DNA of 63,434 nucleotides, counting the filler, from Octopus bimaculoides (lineage: Eukaryota): the NCBI RefSeq assembly GCF_001194135.2. It is 3 parts of 3 records of this genome, joined end to end, with 100 filler letters (N's around TTAATTAATTAA, not from the genome) between each part and the next. Parts side by side here need not be neighbours in the genome. Positions count along the whole stretch, not along the records: positions 1 to 31,230 come from NC_068996.1; positions 31,331 to 54,359 come from NC_068988.1; 1 more part is not named here. One strand, 5' to 3'. Below, in pieces: positions 22,800 through 33,750 of the stretch. The position numbers and the translations under genes are program-made. Each line of letters starts with the position of its first letter. Positions within the stretch are counted from its first letter, which is position 1. The notes beneath the pieces were generated by a model that did no database searches, was not told the origin of the DNA, and worked only from the letters and a program-made list of their open reading frames with translations.

Positions 22800-22966
22800 T
22801 ATACGACAGGCTTCTTTCAGTTTCTGTCTACCAAATCCACTCACAAGGCTTTGGTCGGCCCAAGGCTATAGTAGAAGACACTTGCCCAAGGTGCCACGCA
22901 GTGAGACTGAACCCAAAACCATGTGATTGGTAAGCAAGCTACTTACCACACAGCCACCCCTACGCC
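22545..22966 (-). mobile_element. SINE family B (tRNA-like head, internal (TA)n(TG)n)
   Basis: Reverse of GGCTGTGTGGTAAGTAGCTTGCTTACCAA..CACCTTGGGCAAGTGTCTTCTACTATAGCC..GTGAGTGGATTTGGTAGAC..TGACTGAAACAAGTAAA. Confidence 0.9.
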
Positions 22967-23036
22967 TATACATGATTTTATTTTACTTCCCTTTCTTCTC
23001 TCTCTCTCTCTCTCTCTCTATCTCTTTCTCTTACTA

Positions 23037-23705
23037 TAAACCCTTTGATACCAACCCACCTGGGACCACCTCCATTTTAAAGTGATCTAAATTAAAACCT
23101 TCCATCAAAATTGCACACTAATTTATTTTCAAACTACAAATAGTTGAATGTGGCAATTTTATTGCTTTTGATATCAAACCCACCAGAGACCACTGCTGGT
23201 TCTTTGTTACATATTTTCTGCTTTAAAGTCATCTAAAAACTTTTCATCAAAATTCCCTGTTATTTTATGTTTTAAACATCAGTTTAATAATGACCATTAT
23301 TTTTACTAAATTCTTCCTTATTTTCAAAATTGATTAAAACAAAAACAGTGTATCTCAACAGAAATATGGTAACAAAAGGGTTAAAGTGATCCAAATTAAA
23401 ACCTTCCATCAGAATTTTGTGTTTATTTATGTTCTAAATACCAGCTTAATAATGACAAAATTATCTTAAATTCTTCCTTATTTTCAAAACTGATTGAAAC
23501 AAAAACAGTGAATTCCAACAGAAATATGGTAACAAAAGGGTTAAAGTGATCCAAATTAAAACCTTCCATCAGAATTTTGTGTTCATTTATGTTCTAAATA
23601 CCAGCTTAATAATGACAAAATTATCTTAAATTCTTCCTTATTTTCAAAACTGATTGAAACAAAAAACAGTGTATCTCAACGGAAATATGGTAACAAAAGG
23701 GTTAA
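23037..23705. mobile_element. piggyBac-like MITE with tandem triplication of its ~160-bp terminal part
   Basis: Left end (T)AAACCCTTTGATACC (23037); right end GGTAACAAAAGGGTTAA three times, ending 23384, 23544 and 23705. CCCT..AGGG termini with TTAA are piggyBac-typical. Confidence 0.7.
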
Positions 23706-23959
23706 AGTGGTGTATAAGACACACTCTCACATTAGACAAAACCCTACATTTCAGTGGAAAAAGAAAAAGAGGTGTATTTTGCATAAAAACCATATTTAAC
23801 ATGTTTCACCACACACTTATACACTCAGTGTTCTTTCATAATATTGTTGCATTAGACAAGTGGTTCTCAACCAGGGTTCGCATGACCCTTGGAGGTTTAT
23901 GCAAGATCTTTTATCAGCAATAAATTGATTATATTTCTACAATACATAAACAGCCATGC

Positions 23960-24322
23960 AGTGCCACTTAAAAGGGTATGTGCAGCGCCATGTAAAAGCT
24001 CTTTAATGCTGAGGAGGTAAATATACAGTCTTGGTCAGTTTGGTGATGAAAAACATCTATTTGGGTGCTGGTGCCACATAAGAAGCATCGGTGTTGGTGC
24101 CATGTGAAAAGCACCCATATTGCTGTTATGTAAAAGCACCCATGCTGGTACTGTGTAGAAGCAACCGGTACACTGTAAATCAGTTAGCATTAGGAAGGGC
24201 ATCCAACCATAGAAACCATGCCAAAACAGACAATGGTGTCTGGTGCAGCTCTCCAGTTTGACAGCCCTGGTCAAACTGACCAACCCATGCCAGCATGGAA
24301 AATGGATGTTAAATGATGATGA
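23960..24322 (+). mobile_element. SINE family C, CpG-decayed
   Basis: Ends GCATGGAAAATGGATGTTAAATGATGATG, versus CGGACGTTAAACG in other copies. Confidence 0.8.
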
Positions 24323-24649
24323 ATATTTTAACAATATTCTTAAACTGTTCCTAAGATTTTTTTTTTTTATACATCAAATGGCTGTGGAGTTCCAGTGCAA
24401 TAAAACATTAACCAAAGGGTTCCAGAGGCAAAAAATGGGTGATGAACACTGCATTAAATACCTTTACATTTCTTTTACATTTCAGAATAAAAATAAACAT
24501 ATTATTAGCATTATCCTGTATTTGAGAATAAAATTATTTCCTTATCTTTCAATACATTTCAACGCTTCAAAANNNNNNNNNNNNNNNNNNNNNNNNNNNN
24601 NNNNNNNNNNNNNNNNNNNNNNNNNNNNNNNNNNNNNNNNNNNNNNNNN

Positions 24650-24957
24650 CCCAGGACTTATTCTTTGGATGCCTAGTACTTATTCTATCAGTCTCTCTTG
24701 CCGAACCGCTAAGTGACGGGGACATAAACACACACCAGCATCGGTTGTCAAGCGATGTTGGTGGACAAACACAGACACACAAACATATACATATATATAC
24801 GACGGGCTTCTTTCAGTTTCCGTCTACCAAATCCACTCACAAGGCTTTGGTCGGCCTGAGGTTATAGTAGAAGACACTTGCCCAAGGTGCCACACAGTCG
24901 GACTTAACTTGGGACCATGTGGTTGGTAAGCAAGCTACTTACCACACAGCCACTCCT
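24650..24957 (-). mobile_element. SINE family B
   Basis: Same body as 22545-22966; left end lies in a gap. Confidence 0.9.
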
Positions 24958-25454
24958 TCAACTTTCATCGTAAGTTGAATTTAACGTATGATAGAGTCTT
25001 ATAATGCTAGATTCATATATCTTAAATTTGTAGAAGAATTTGTTGTTGGGCCAGTTTAGCTTAAAGGAAAAGCATTGCGACACGTAATCACAGGGATGTG
25101 AATTCGAGTCTCATGGCTGGCAGCTGATATTTTCCTGCAAAATATCAGTAGTTTATCCTGTTCATGCTATTGTATTAGCATTATCCTGCGTCTGAGAATA
25201 AATTATTTCTGTATCTTTCAATACATCTCAACGCTTCTAAAACAAACTTAGTTTACTTTCATCGTAATTTGAATTTATATACACCAGTATATACACACCA
25301 GTGTATACATGGTAACAATTATTTTGACTGCTACTGATATCATGTCCAATCATCATGTTTTATTGGTATGAAGTTCCTACACACTTCTTTTCGTTATGTA
25401 TTGAGAAGGTGGGTGTAGGAAGTCTGTACTGTGAACTGGACAAGGGATTTTGGC

Positions 25455-25900
25455 ATTTTTGATATCTGACTGGGTCTTCAGGATGCTGGTCATCATTGTC
25501 TTTCTCTATAGTTGTGAGACTTGGACACTGTCCAGGACCTTTGGGTACTGCCTGAAACTCCTTTGGTGCCAGGGTGCTTCACATGATTATGTGCTACCAT
25601 TGGTCAGATTTTGTATCCAACCAATGACTTTACTCAGAACCTGAGATGTGTCCCGTTACTTGTATAATTCAGCAGCACCAGATCAGACTGTTTGGGCTTG
25701 ATGGTCAGTTCTCCAAGTTAGACCCTGCTTACCATGTTCTCTTCACTGAGGATCCAGCTGGAGTGATAGCTCATGTTGGTCTGCCACATGTGACATGGTC
25801 AAAGGCGAGTGAGGAAGTGTCACATGGAGATGAAAACCAGCTGGAACTCTGCTTGACCGGTTGACCAAGATGACCTGAGCACATACTAACAAATAATGGA
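25455..25900 (+). mobile_element. RTE-like LINE 3' fragment
   Basis: VFRMLVIIVFLYSCETWTL and IIQQHQIRLFG...DPAYHVL..EDPAG...VGLPHVTW (ORFs 25450-25644, 25646-25864); (ACCTG)n at ~25941-25966. Confidence 0.7.
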
Positions 25901-26327
25901 TGCAGTGACACCCTGAAATGACACATGCCCACCATATTTGACCTGACCTGACCTGACCTGACCTGATGCACAAAAGGTGCAATGGGATCACAGACTGGTT
26001 GAGATGGAAAACAGATTTCAAATACGGTAGAAATACAAAAAGAGTAGTAAGCAACTAAGTGTATACACGAAATGAATTCTGTTAACAAGGTTAAACTTCC
26101 TTATAGAATACCACTTGCTGAGACTTCTTGTGAAAACTGAAAAAGAGAATGGACAAATAGTTATCTTCCATGTCAGCTTCCATGCTGACAAATCACCAGC
26201 ATGGAAGAAAAACATTAAATAATGATGCTGGCAGTGGTAGCAGTGGTGGTGGGTGTTGGTGGTGCTGGTGCTGGTGCTGGTGATGATGATGACAGCAATG
26301 GATAACGAGGATGAGGGAGAGGGGATT

Positions 26328-26495
26328 GTATAAATGTATATAATGAGTGTATGTATGTTTATGTATGTATGTATGTAATGTATGTATGTATGTGTGTGTA
26401 TGTATGTATTGTATGCATGTATGTATGTATGTGTATATATATATATATATATGTATGTAAGTATGTATGTATGTGCATGTATATATATATATATA
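26328..26495. repeat. (TATG)/(TA) microsatellite
   Basis: Directly visible. Confidence 0.95.
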
Positions 26496-26859
26496 AAGTG
26501 AAGTATATTGCCACTTAAATGTGGCTGACCCCTAGGGGTGGATGTTATTGTTGCTTTTAGCCCCAGGAGGACATCTCCTCCAGCTGGCTTATCGACACAC
26601 TTCTGTGTCCTGTTTGTTTTACCAAGGGAAGTTATCCCTCTCATCGTGATCTGTAGCACGAACGGACCCGGGTTTCAGGGTTATTTCCCTTCGTCAGCGT
26701 CCGATAGCCACCGATCTGCGATGAGAAAGATAATTCTTGGCAAACCTTATGTATCTTTTTCCAGTGAAATTATTCACTGATATCGAAAAAGTGAAAACAA
26801 GCAATGTTAATTCTCTAATGTTAATTCTCTAAATGAGGTATTAACAGTAACTGCTTTGG

Positions 26860-26966
26860 TTGGCCCGAGGCTATAGTAGAAGACACTTGCCCAAGGTGCC
26901 ACGCAGTGGGACTGAACCCGGAACCATGTGGTTGGCAAGCAAGCTACTTACCACACAGCCACTTCT
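26860..26966 (-). mobile_element. SINE family B head
   Basis: GGCCCGAGGCTATAGTAGAAGACACTTGCCCAAGGTGCCACGCAGTGGGACTGAACCCGGAACCATG. Confidence 0.85.
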
Positions 26967-27366
26967 GCGCCTGTTTATAATTTTTTTTTTTTTATGTAAG
27001 ATTAACAGTCATAAAATCCTCCAAAATGTTCCTCCCCATATCATCTTTATTATCCAAGGGAATGGCAAGAGCTGCTATAGTTTGGCACCATTATCATCAC
27101 AAATACCTCGCGACATTTTCGGTCTAATGCTTTTAACTTTCCTGCCAGTCTGGCGTCATCATATTGCAGACCAGAAATGTTGAGAAATAAAAAACATATT
27201 TGGTTTAAAGATGACATTGATCAGGATGCACTATTTTCTTTTACCATATTCTGCTTCTATTCTTGTAGAAAATGTAATCCATTTATTCTTATAATTTTAA
27301 TTATCAGAAGTGTTCAAATTCTTGCCTTTTTTCACTAATCAGTTGTGTAACATTCTCGATAAGTGT

Positions 27367-27472
27367 ATGAATGTTTGTGTGTGTGTGTGCGTGTGTGTTT
27401 GTGTCTCTGTGTGTTTGTGTGATGTGTATGTGCGTGTGTGTGTGCATGTGTGTGTGCATATCAGTGTGTGTG

Positions 27473-27508
<36 letters not shown>

Positions 27509-27803
27509 TGTGTCTGTGTGTTTGTGTCTGTGTGTGTATTTGTGTCTGTGTGTGTGTTTGTGTGCATGTGTGCGTGTGTGTGTGTGTGCACACGTGTGTG
27601 TATGCATGTGTATGTGTGTGTGAACGCCTGTGTGTGTGCACACGCATGTGTGTGTGCACACGCATGTGTGTGTGTCTGTGCGTGTGTGTGTGTGTGTGTG
27701 CACGCGCATGTGTGTGTGTGTGTGTGTGCACGCGCATGTGTGTGTGCACGCGCATGTGTGTGTGTCTGTGTCTGTGTGTGTGTGTGTGTGTGTGTGCGCG
27801 CGC
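27367..27803. repeat. Complex (TG)n microsatellite
   Basis: Directly visible. Confidence 0.97.
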
Positions 27804-28113
27804 TTGTCCACATTTTTGGGAGGCCTGTCATTTTAAAATATAACATAGAAGATTATTTCTGGAAAAATCTTGAGAATTAATTTTCTGAAAAAAAAAATAT
27901 ATAAATAAATAAATAGATGATGAAGATTCAGTGATGGAAGCAATGTCAATGACGATGATGATGATTGAATTCTTGAGAAATAATGCTAGCAGAGAAGGAT
28001 GGCACATAATTCAATAATAGTTCTTTAGTTCTTCCACCAAGAATTACATTACCGATATTTCTTTTGGTTTTGATTTTTCAAGTCATTAAAACCAAATTAT
28101 CAGGTATATTATA

Positions 28114-28193
28114 TATCATCATCATCATCACTATCATCATCATCATCGTTGTCATTATCATCACCACCATCATTGTCATCACCATCATCATTG

Positions 28194-28230
<37 letters not shown>

Positions 28231-28480
28231 TGTCATCATCGTCATCATCATTATCATCATCATTATCATCATCATTATTGTCGTCATCCTCATCATCAAC
28301 AGCATCATCATCGTTGTCATCATCGTCATCATCATTATCATCATCATCATCATCACCGTCATCATCATCAACAGCATCATCATCGTTGTCGTCATCATCA
28401 TCATCATCATCGTCGTCATCGTTGTTGTTGTTGTCACTGTTTCTATCACCATCAACACCAGTTTATGCATGTCGTCATCA
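28114..28480. repeat. Degenerate (CAT)n trinucleotide array
   Basis: Directly visible; yields poly-I/M/S ORFs. Confidence 0.97.
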
Positions 28481-28559
28481 TCACTAACCAATACCTCTTC
28501 TTCATGTGCCATTCCTACACTTGGCAGCAATCATCGATCTATGTTACTTCTTGTCCCAC

Positions 28560-28760
28560 ACCCAATTCAGCAGGTTATTGGACCAGTTTTTCCATAGCTC
28601 CCTTCTAAATACATTGAATATCTTATCTCATTGGCGGCCCCAGTTTTTATTCCCCTTCGATTTCCCTTTAGTCACCAAGTATTCAAAGTTTTGTCTTCTC
28701 ATATGAAGTCCAGTGAACTAAGCCTGTTGTTTCCTCCTTACGTTGGCAGTTTCTGCACAT
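28560..28760 (-). mobile_element. Old RTE-like 3' fragment
   Basis: Minus strand ..GLHMRRQNFEYLVTKGKSKGNKNWGRQ.., like the RTE motif GHIMR..LE.LV..GK.EG.R.RGRQ. Confidence 0.45.
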
Positions 28761-29119
28761 CTAAAGCAACCACTAAACAAAATAATCATTGGCTTAGGGC
28801 ATCGAGTGAAGAGAGAGCAGCACAAGAATGGTAAATAGTTTACAGTACAAAAGAAATCACTTTAAACATACTAAAACAATATTTGAGATGTTTTATCTCT
28901 AGTTAGTATAGAAATGTGTTATATGAGATTAATTTTGAAGATCTGACCAAAGACTATGCAATTAACAAAAAAAAGTAGGAGAAAATTTTTCAAATATAAA
29001 TAAAGTGTAAGTTTACAAAAATAAACATTATTTTCCATCTTATTGTTAGTTTTATTTCATTTTGAAAAATAAAATTTATTCTAGGGTTTATTATTATCTG
29101 TATTTTGAATTACATATAT

Positions 29120-29345
29120 CATGCTGGTGCCATGTTAAAAACACCCACTACACTCTATGGTGTGGTAAGCATTAGGAAGGACATCTAGCTATAGATACCA
29201 AGCTAGAACAGACAAAGGCCTTGTGTGGCTCCAGTCAAACCATCTAACCCATGCCAGCATAGAAAAGAGATGTTAAATGATGATGATGACGATGACGATG
29301 ACAATGACAACGACAATGATGACGACGATGACAACAATGATGACA
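29120..29345 (+). mobile_element. SINE family C 3' part with expanded (GAT/GAC) tail
   Basis: CACCCACTACACTCTATGG...CCCATGCCAGCATAGAAAAGAGATGTTAAATGATGATG. Confidence 0.75.
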
Positions 29346-29361
29346 ACATACATACATACAT

Positions 29362-31075
29362 TTCTAGCTGATATAGGCATGGAATTTGGCCAAAAGAAAT
29401 GTTCATATTTGGTTATAGAACGAGGAAAGTCAGTCCCCCAAACTCAAAGCCTGTGCATCAACAGTCTCTCTATTTCCCCCATTCCATGCAAAGAATGTTG
29501 CAAGTACCTAAGCATAGATGAAAATGTATCATATGAAGGCACTGTGAATAAAGATAGAGTGACCCGAGAATATTACACCAGACTTAAGAAAATATGGCAG
29601 TCAGAACTCTCTTCTTACAACAAAACAATATCCCACAATGCATTTTCAGTACCAGTGCTGATCCCCACATTTGGGATACTTGATTGGTCTGTAGAGGAAA
29701 TCCACTCCATAGATATCAAAACCCGCAAAATCCTGACAACAACTGGGAACTTCCATGGAAACAGTGATGTTGACAGGCTCTACCTAAGAAGAAATGAAGG
29801 TGGTAGANNNNNNNNNNNNNNNNNNNNNNNNNNNNNNNNNNNNNNNNNNNNNNNNNNNNNNNNNNNNNNNNNNNNNNNNNNNNNNNNNNNNNNNNNNNNN
29901 NNNNNNNNNNNNNNNNNNNNNNNNNNNNNNNNNNNNNNNNNNNNNNNNNNNNNNNNNNNNNNNNNNNNNNNNNNNNNNNNNNNNNNNNNNNNNNNNNNNN
30001 NNNNNNNNNNNNNNNNNNNNNNNNNNNNNNNNNNNNNNNNNNNNNNNNNNNNNNNNNNNNNNNNNNNNNNNNNNNNNNNNNNNNNNNNNNNNNNNNNNNN
30101 NNNNNNNNNNNNNNNNNNNNNNNNNNNNNNNNNNNNNNNNNNNNNNNNNNNNNNNNNNNNNNNNNNNNNNNNNNNNNNNNNNNNNNNNNNNNNNNNNNNN
30201 NNNNNNNNNNNNNNNNNNNNNNNNNNNNNNNNNNNNNNNNNNNNNNNNNNNNNNNNNNNNNNNNNNNNNNNNNNNNNNNNNNNNNNNNNNNNNNNNNNNN
30301 NNNNNNNNNNNNNNNNNNNNNNNNNNNNNNNNNNNNNNNNNNNNNNNNNNNNNNNNNNNNNNNNNNNNNNNNNNNNNNNNNNNNNNNNNNNNNNNNGTGA
30401 TGCTCTTCTAAACCCAAGGTACAACCGCAAGTGTAGGCTATGTCATGTTTCTGTGGAAGACATCATGCACATGATTAGCGGCTATTCTAAAATGTTGTCA
30501 TGGTACTACCTCCCTATGTGACCTAATTTACAATGCCATCTGCAAAAAAGACTGTCCTGAAATAAACTTAGAAAATCCCTCTGTTATGGAATACATTCAT
30601 AAACACCAACTGAAGGAATATTGGTGGAATATTCCCATCAAAACTTCTGTCAAATGTAAACATTACAGGCCAGACATTGTTGTTTGAGACAGAGGGGCAA
30701 AGGTATGTATCATCACAGAGGTCAGCAGCCCTGCAGATATAAATATCTCTTTGAAAACTGCTTTGAAACATCCAGCTTCTGTATCCAGACTATGAATTCA
30801 TATTCATGCCAAGAATAATTGGAGCACTAGGTTTTGTTAGTAAATGTTTAAAGGAGTATCTGGATAAACTGGGATTTTCAGAAAGAGAAATCAACTGGCT
30901 GATTCATACATTACAAGTGCAACCTGTGAGTGGAACACTAAAAATATGTAAGACTTTTCTCAAGTTCCAAATGTGAATTTGTCTGTGTTAACTACATCAC
31001 AAAGATGGAGCCTTGTATCTTTGTTGGAAACCAACTCCCTGCTCAATGGAAGGTTTATAATAATTAAAAAATAGA
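29362..31075 (+). mobile_element. 5'-truncated R4/Dong-clade LINE (RT end, CCHC, REL), with internal gap
   Basis: FLADIGMEFGQKKC, KYLSIDE, DVDRLYLRRNEGGR, CRLCHVSVEDIMHMISGY, EYWWNIPIKTSVKCKHYRPDIVV, IIGALG, GTLKICKTFLKFQM*; preceded directly by (ACAT)4 at 29346-29361. Confidence 0.9.
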
Positions 31076-31084
31076 AGAGACACA

Positions 31085-31230
31085 CATACATATTACAAAA
31101 GGTTTCTTTCAGTTTCAGTCCACCAAATCCAGTCACAAAGCTTTGGAGTGTATTTGGTAGAAAGACACTTGCCCAAAGTGCTGTGCAGTGGAACAGAACC
31201 CAAAACCATGTGGTTGGGATGCAACCCTAT
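31085..31230 (-). mobile_element. SINE family B fragment
   Basis: GGTTTCTTTCAGTTTCAGTCCACCAAATCC...AGACACTTGCCCAAAGTGC. Confidence 0.75.
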
Positions 31231-31330
31231 NNNNNNNNNNNNNNNNNNNNNNNNNNNNNNNNNNNNNNNNNNNNTTAATTAATTAANNNNNNNNNNNNNN
31301 NNNNNNNNNNNNNNNNNNNNNNNNNNNNNN

Positions 31331-31737
31331 ACAGGAATGCCCGCACGGGTCGCCACTGCATGGTGCCAAAGGTACCGTCCACTGCATCTCACATAAGAAC
31401 GAGATACTGCAGCAGCCTCGGTTTCAGAGGACCTCAGCTCTTCAATGCCCTGCCAAAACATTTGAGAGACATGCAAGACATGGATGCAGAGGTCTTCAAG
31501 ACAAAACTTGACGCTTTCCTCACCACAATACCAGACGAACCATTGGCTCGTAATGAGACGCAGTTTAGGGCAGCTGTGTCAAATTCTCTTATACACCAGA
31601 TGTGCCATCAAAACTCTTGATTGGACCATGTCAGGTGGGGGAGAAGAGCCATGCAAGGAACGTGAAAATCACGGTGGTGCACCAGCATGACCGCAGCCAC
31701 TTGGCTGAAACACATAAATAAATAAATAAATAAATAA

Positions 31738-31742
<5 letters not shown>
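31331..31742 (+). mobile_element. CR1-group LINE 3' end with (TAAA)n tail
   Basis: RNARTGRHCMVPKVP...RYCSSLGFRGPQLFNALPKHLR...FKTKLDAFLTTIPDEP (ORF 31360-31620); (TAAA)n at ~31715-31740. Confidence 0.85.
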
Positions 31743-31783
<41 letters not shown>

Positions 31784-31865
31784 TTGTGTGTGTATGTGTG
31801 TGTGTGTGTGTGTTGTATGTATATGCATATATATACATATGTATATATATTATATATGATATATG

Positions 31866-32560
31866 CAGGTTGCGATGCGTAAATTGTCACTTTATATTTT
31901 AAATTTCGCGCATACGCATTGTTTCGTTTTGATTTTGCCGACTACCTAATATAGTAGGGTCAACTGGGCACCGTCTGTGAGAAAAACAGCACCATTACGC
32001 CATTCATTGTACTGCTTGGCATTCGCGCCGGAAACTCCAGTAGGAACATTTCAGAGTGTTTGAGTGTCAATCTGAGGACAGTGCAATCTGAGGGCATGTA
32101 CTGAGAGTGATAAAAATTAAACATCCAGCCAACATCATGGTGTTTGAAATGATCACTAGTGATGACGACGTTACGCCTCCATTCATCTTCTCACACGGCC
32201 TCATACTCAACCCGGAGCCCTGCATCAAGTGCCTGGAAGAGGTAGTACTGCCCTGGATCAGGAGATTGGCAGCTGGAAGAACCTATGTCTGGCAACAGGA
32301 CTTTGCGCCATCCCACACAAGGAGAAGAACCCAATCATGGCTATCAGATAATTTCTGCAACCACATCATCCCTAACATCTGGCGACCTGACTCCCCAGAC
32401 TGCAAACCCTTGATCGTTATGTGTGGACGGCAGTTGATCGTGAGAGACCAACAAAACTCCATGTAACACCAAGGATGAACTGAAGGCACTCACCAACTTA
32501 AAGAAGGAGACTATCCAGAAGTGTTACACTTCACATTGGAGGCTCCGATGAAGCTATAGG
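31866..32560 (+). mobile_element. Tc1/mariner-superfamily (maT, DD37D-type) transposase remnant with internal deletion
   Basis: LLGIRAGN..ISECLSVNLRTVQ (HTH) joined to KHPANIMVF...WQQDFAPSHT...WRPDSPDCKPL(D); 37 residues lie between the last two D once a 1-nt frameshift is corrected. Confidence 0.8.
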
Positions 32561-32681
32561 ATGTTATTCAGGCACTCAATTATGAACCTACTGCATCTTG
32601 TAGCAGAAACATCTGTAATCTAAAGAACTTCAGCCATTGCTTTCCCAGTCATCTCTTTTTCTATAATCTATACTCTATACA

Positions 32682-32708
32682 GTGTGTGTGTGTGTGTGTG
32701 TGTGCGTG

Positions 32709-32743
<35 letters not shown>

Positions 32744-32985
32744 GTCTGTGTGTGTCTGTGTGTGTGTGTGTGTGCGTGTGTGTGCCTGCTTGACAACCGC
32801 TGTTAATATGTTTACGTCACCGTAACTTTGCGGCTTAGCAAAACGCGAGGGATACAATAAGCACGAGGCTTTTTGAAAAAAAAGTAAATACTGGGCTTCT
32901 TTCATTCGATTAAAAAATTCCTCAAGGCGATGCCCCCAGCATGGCCGCAATCCAATGATTGAAACAATTAAACAAAAAGATAAAT
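32682..32985 (+). mobile_element. SINE family B 3' half with (TG)n
   Basis: (TG)n, GCTTGACAACCG...ACTTTGCGGCTTAGCAAAA...CCAGCATGGCCGCAATCCAATGATTGAAACAA. Confidence 0.75.
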
Positions 32986-33366
32986 ATAAAAAAAAGATAA
33001 AATGAATCAGTGACTGGCAATATTCTTATTGAATCAGTACTCATACCAACAATCGGTTCACTCAATTCAACGTAACATAAGATCCGGAGCATTAATTTTA
33101 AATTTCTAAACCTATTAACCAATAATAAACTAGCACAGCAATAAGGATTGGTGTCTGCCTCTACGTAAAATCTAAACAAGAAGGTGAAGTATAATATCAA
33201 GTGAATTATCATTTGAATGTTACGTCATAGCTTTTCGACAGCATCAGCTAAGCCCTGTGGTAAATATTATCAATAGATTTACTATAATGTTACTCTGGAG
33301 GAGTAAAACGGCGAGCTGGCAGAAGCAGTAGCACGTTTGATAAAATGAATAGTGGCATTTCTTTGT

Positions 33367-33750
33367 GGAGGCGCAATGGCCCAGTGGTTAGGGCAACGGA
33401 CTTGCGGTCATAGGATCGCGGTTTCGATTCCCAAACCGGGCGTTGTGAGTGTTTATTGAGCGAAAAACACCTGAAGCTCCACGTGGCTCCGGCAGGGGAT
33501 GGTGCCGAACCCTGCTGTACTCTTTCACCACAACTTTCTCTCACTCTTACTTCCTGTTTCTGTTGTGCCTATAATTCAAAGGGTCAGCCTGGTTACACTC
33601 TGTGTCACACTGAATATCCCCGAGAACTACGTTAAGGGTACATGTGTCTGTGGAGTGCTCGGCCACTTGCACGTTAATTTCACGAGCAGGTTGTTCCGTT
33701 GATCGGATCAACTGGAACTCTCGATGTCGTAAGCGACGGAGTGCCAACAA
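33367..33750 (+). mobile_element. Full-length tRNA-derived SINE (family A)
   Basis: GGAGGCGCAATGGCCCAGTGGTTAGG (A box), GGTTTCGATTCCC (B box), ends GACGGAGTGCCAACAA; near-identical inverted copy at 38641-39048. Confidence 0.92.

Noticed and set aside
27112-27124. 13-mer GACATTTTCGGTC identical to the start context at 55678-55690
   Set aside because: A 13-mer match is expected by chance in 63 kb; no flanking similarity.
31275-31286. TTAATTAATTAA island inside an N gap (also 54404-54415)
   Set aside because: Identical 12-mer with stops in all six frames, centred in gaps: a scaffolding placeholder, not biology.
33367-33445. tRNA gene (also heads at 162, 3149, 38975-39048, 48679)
   Set aside because: A/B boxes are present, but the sequence continues into a conserved SINE body; no complete cloverleaf.
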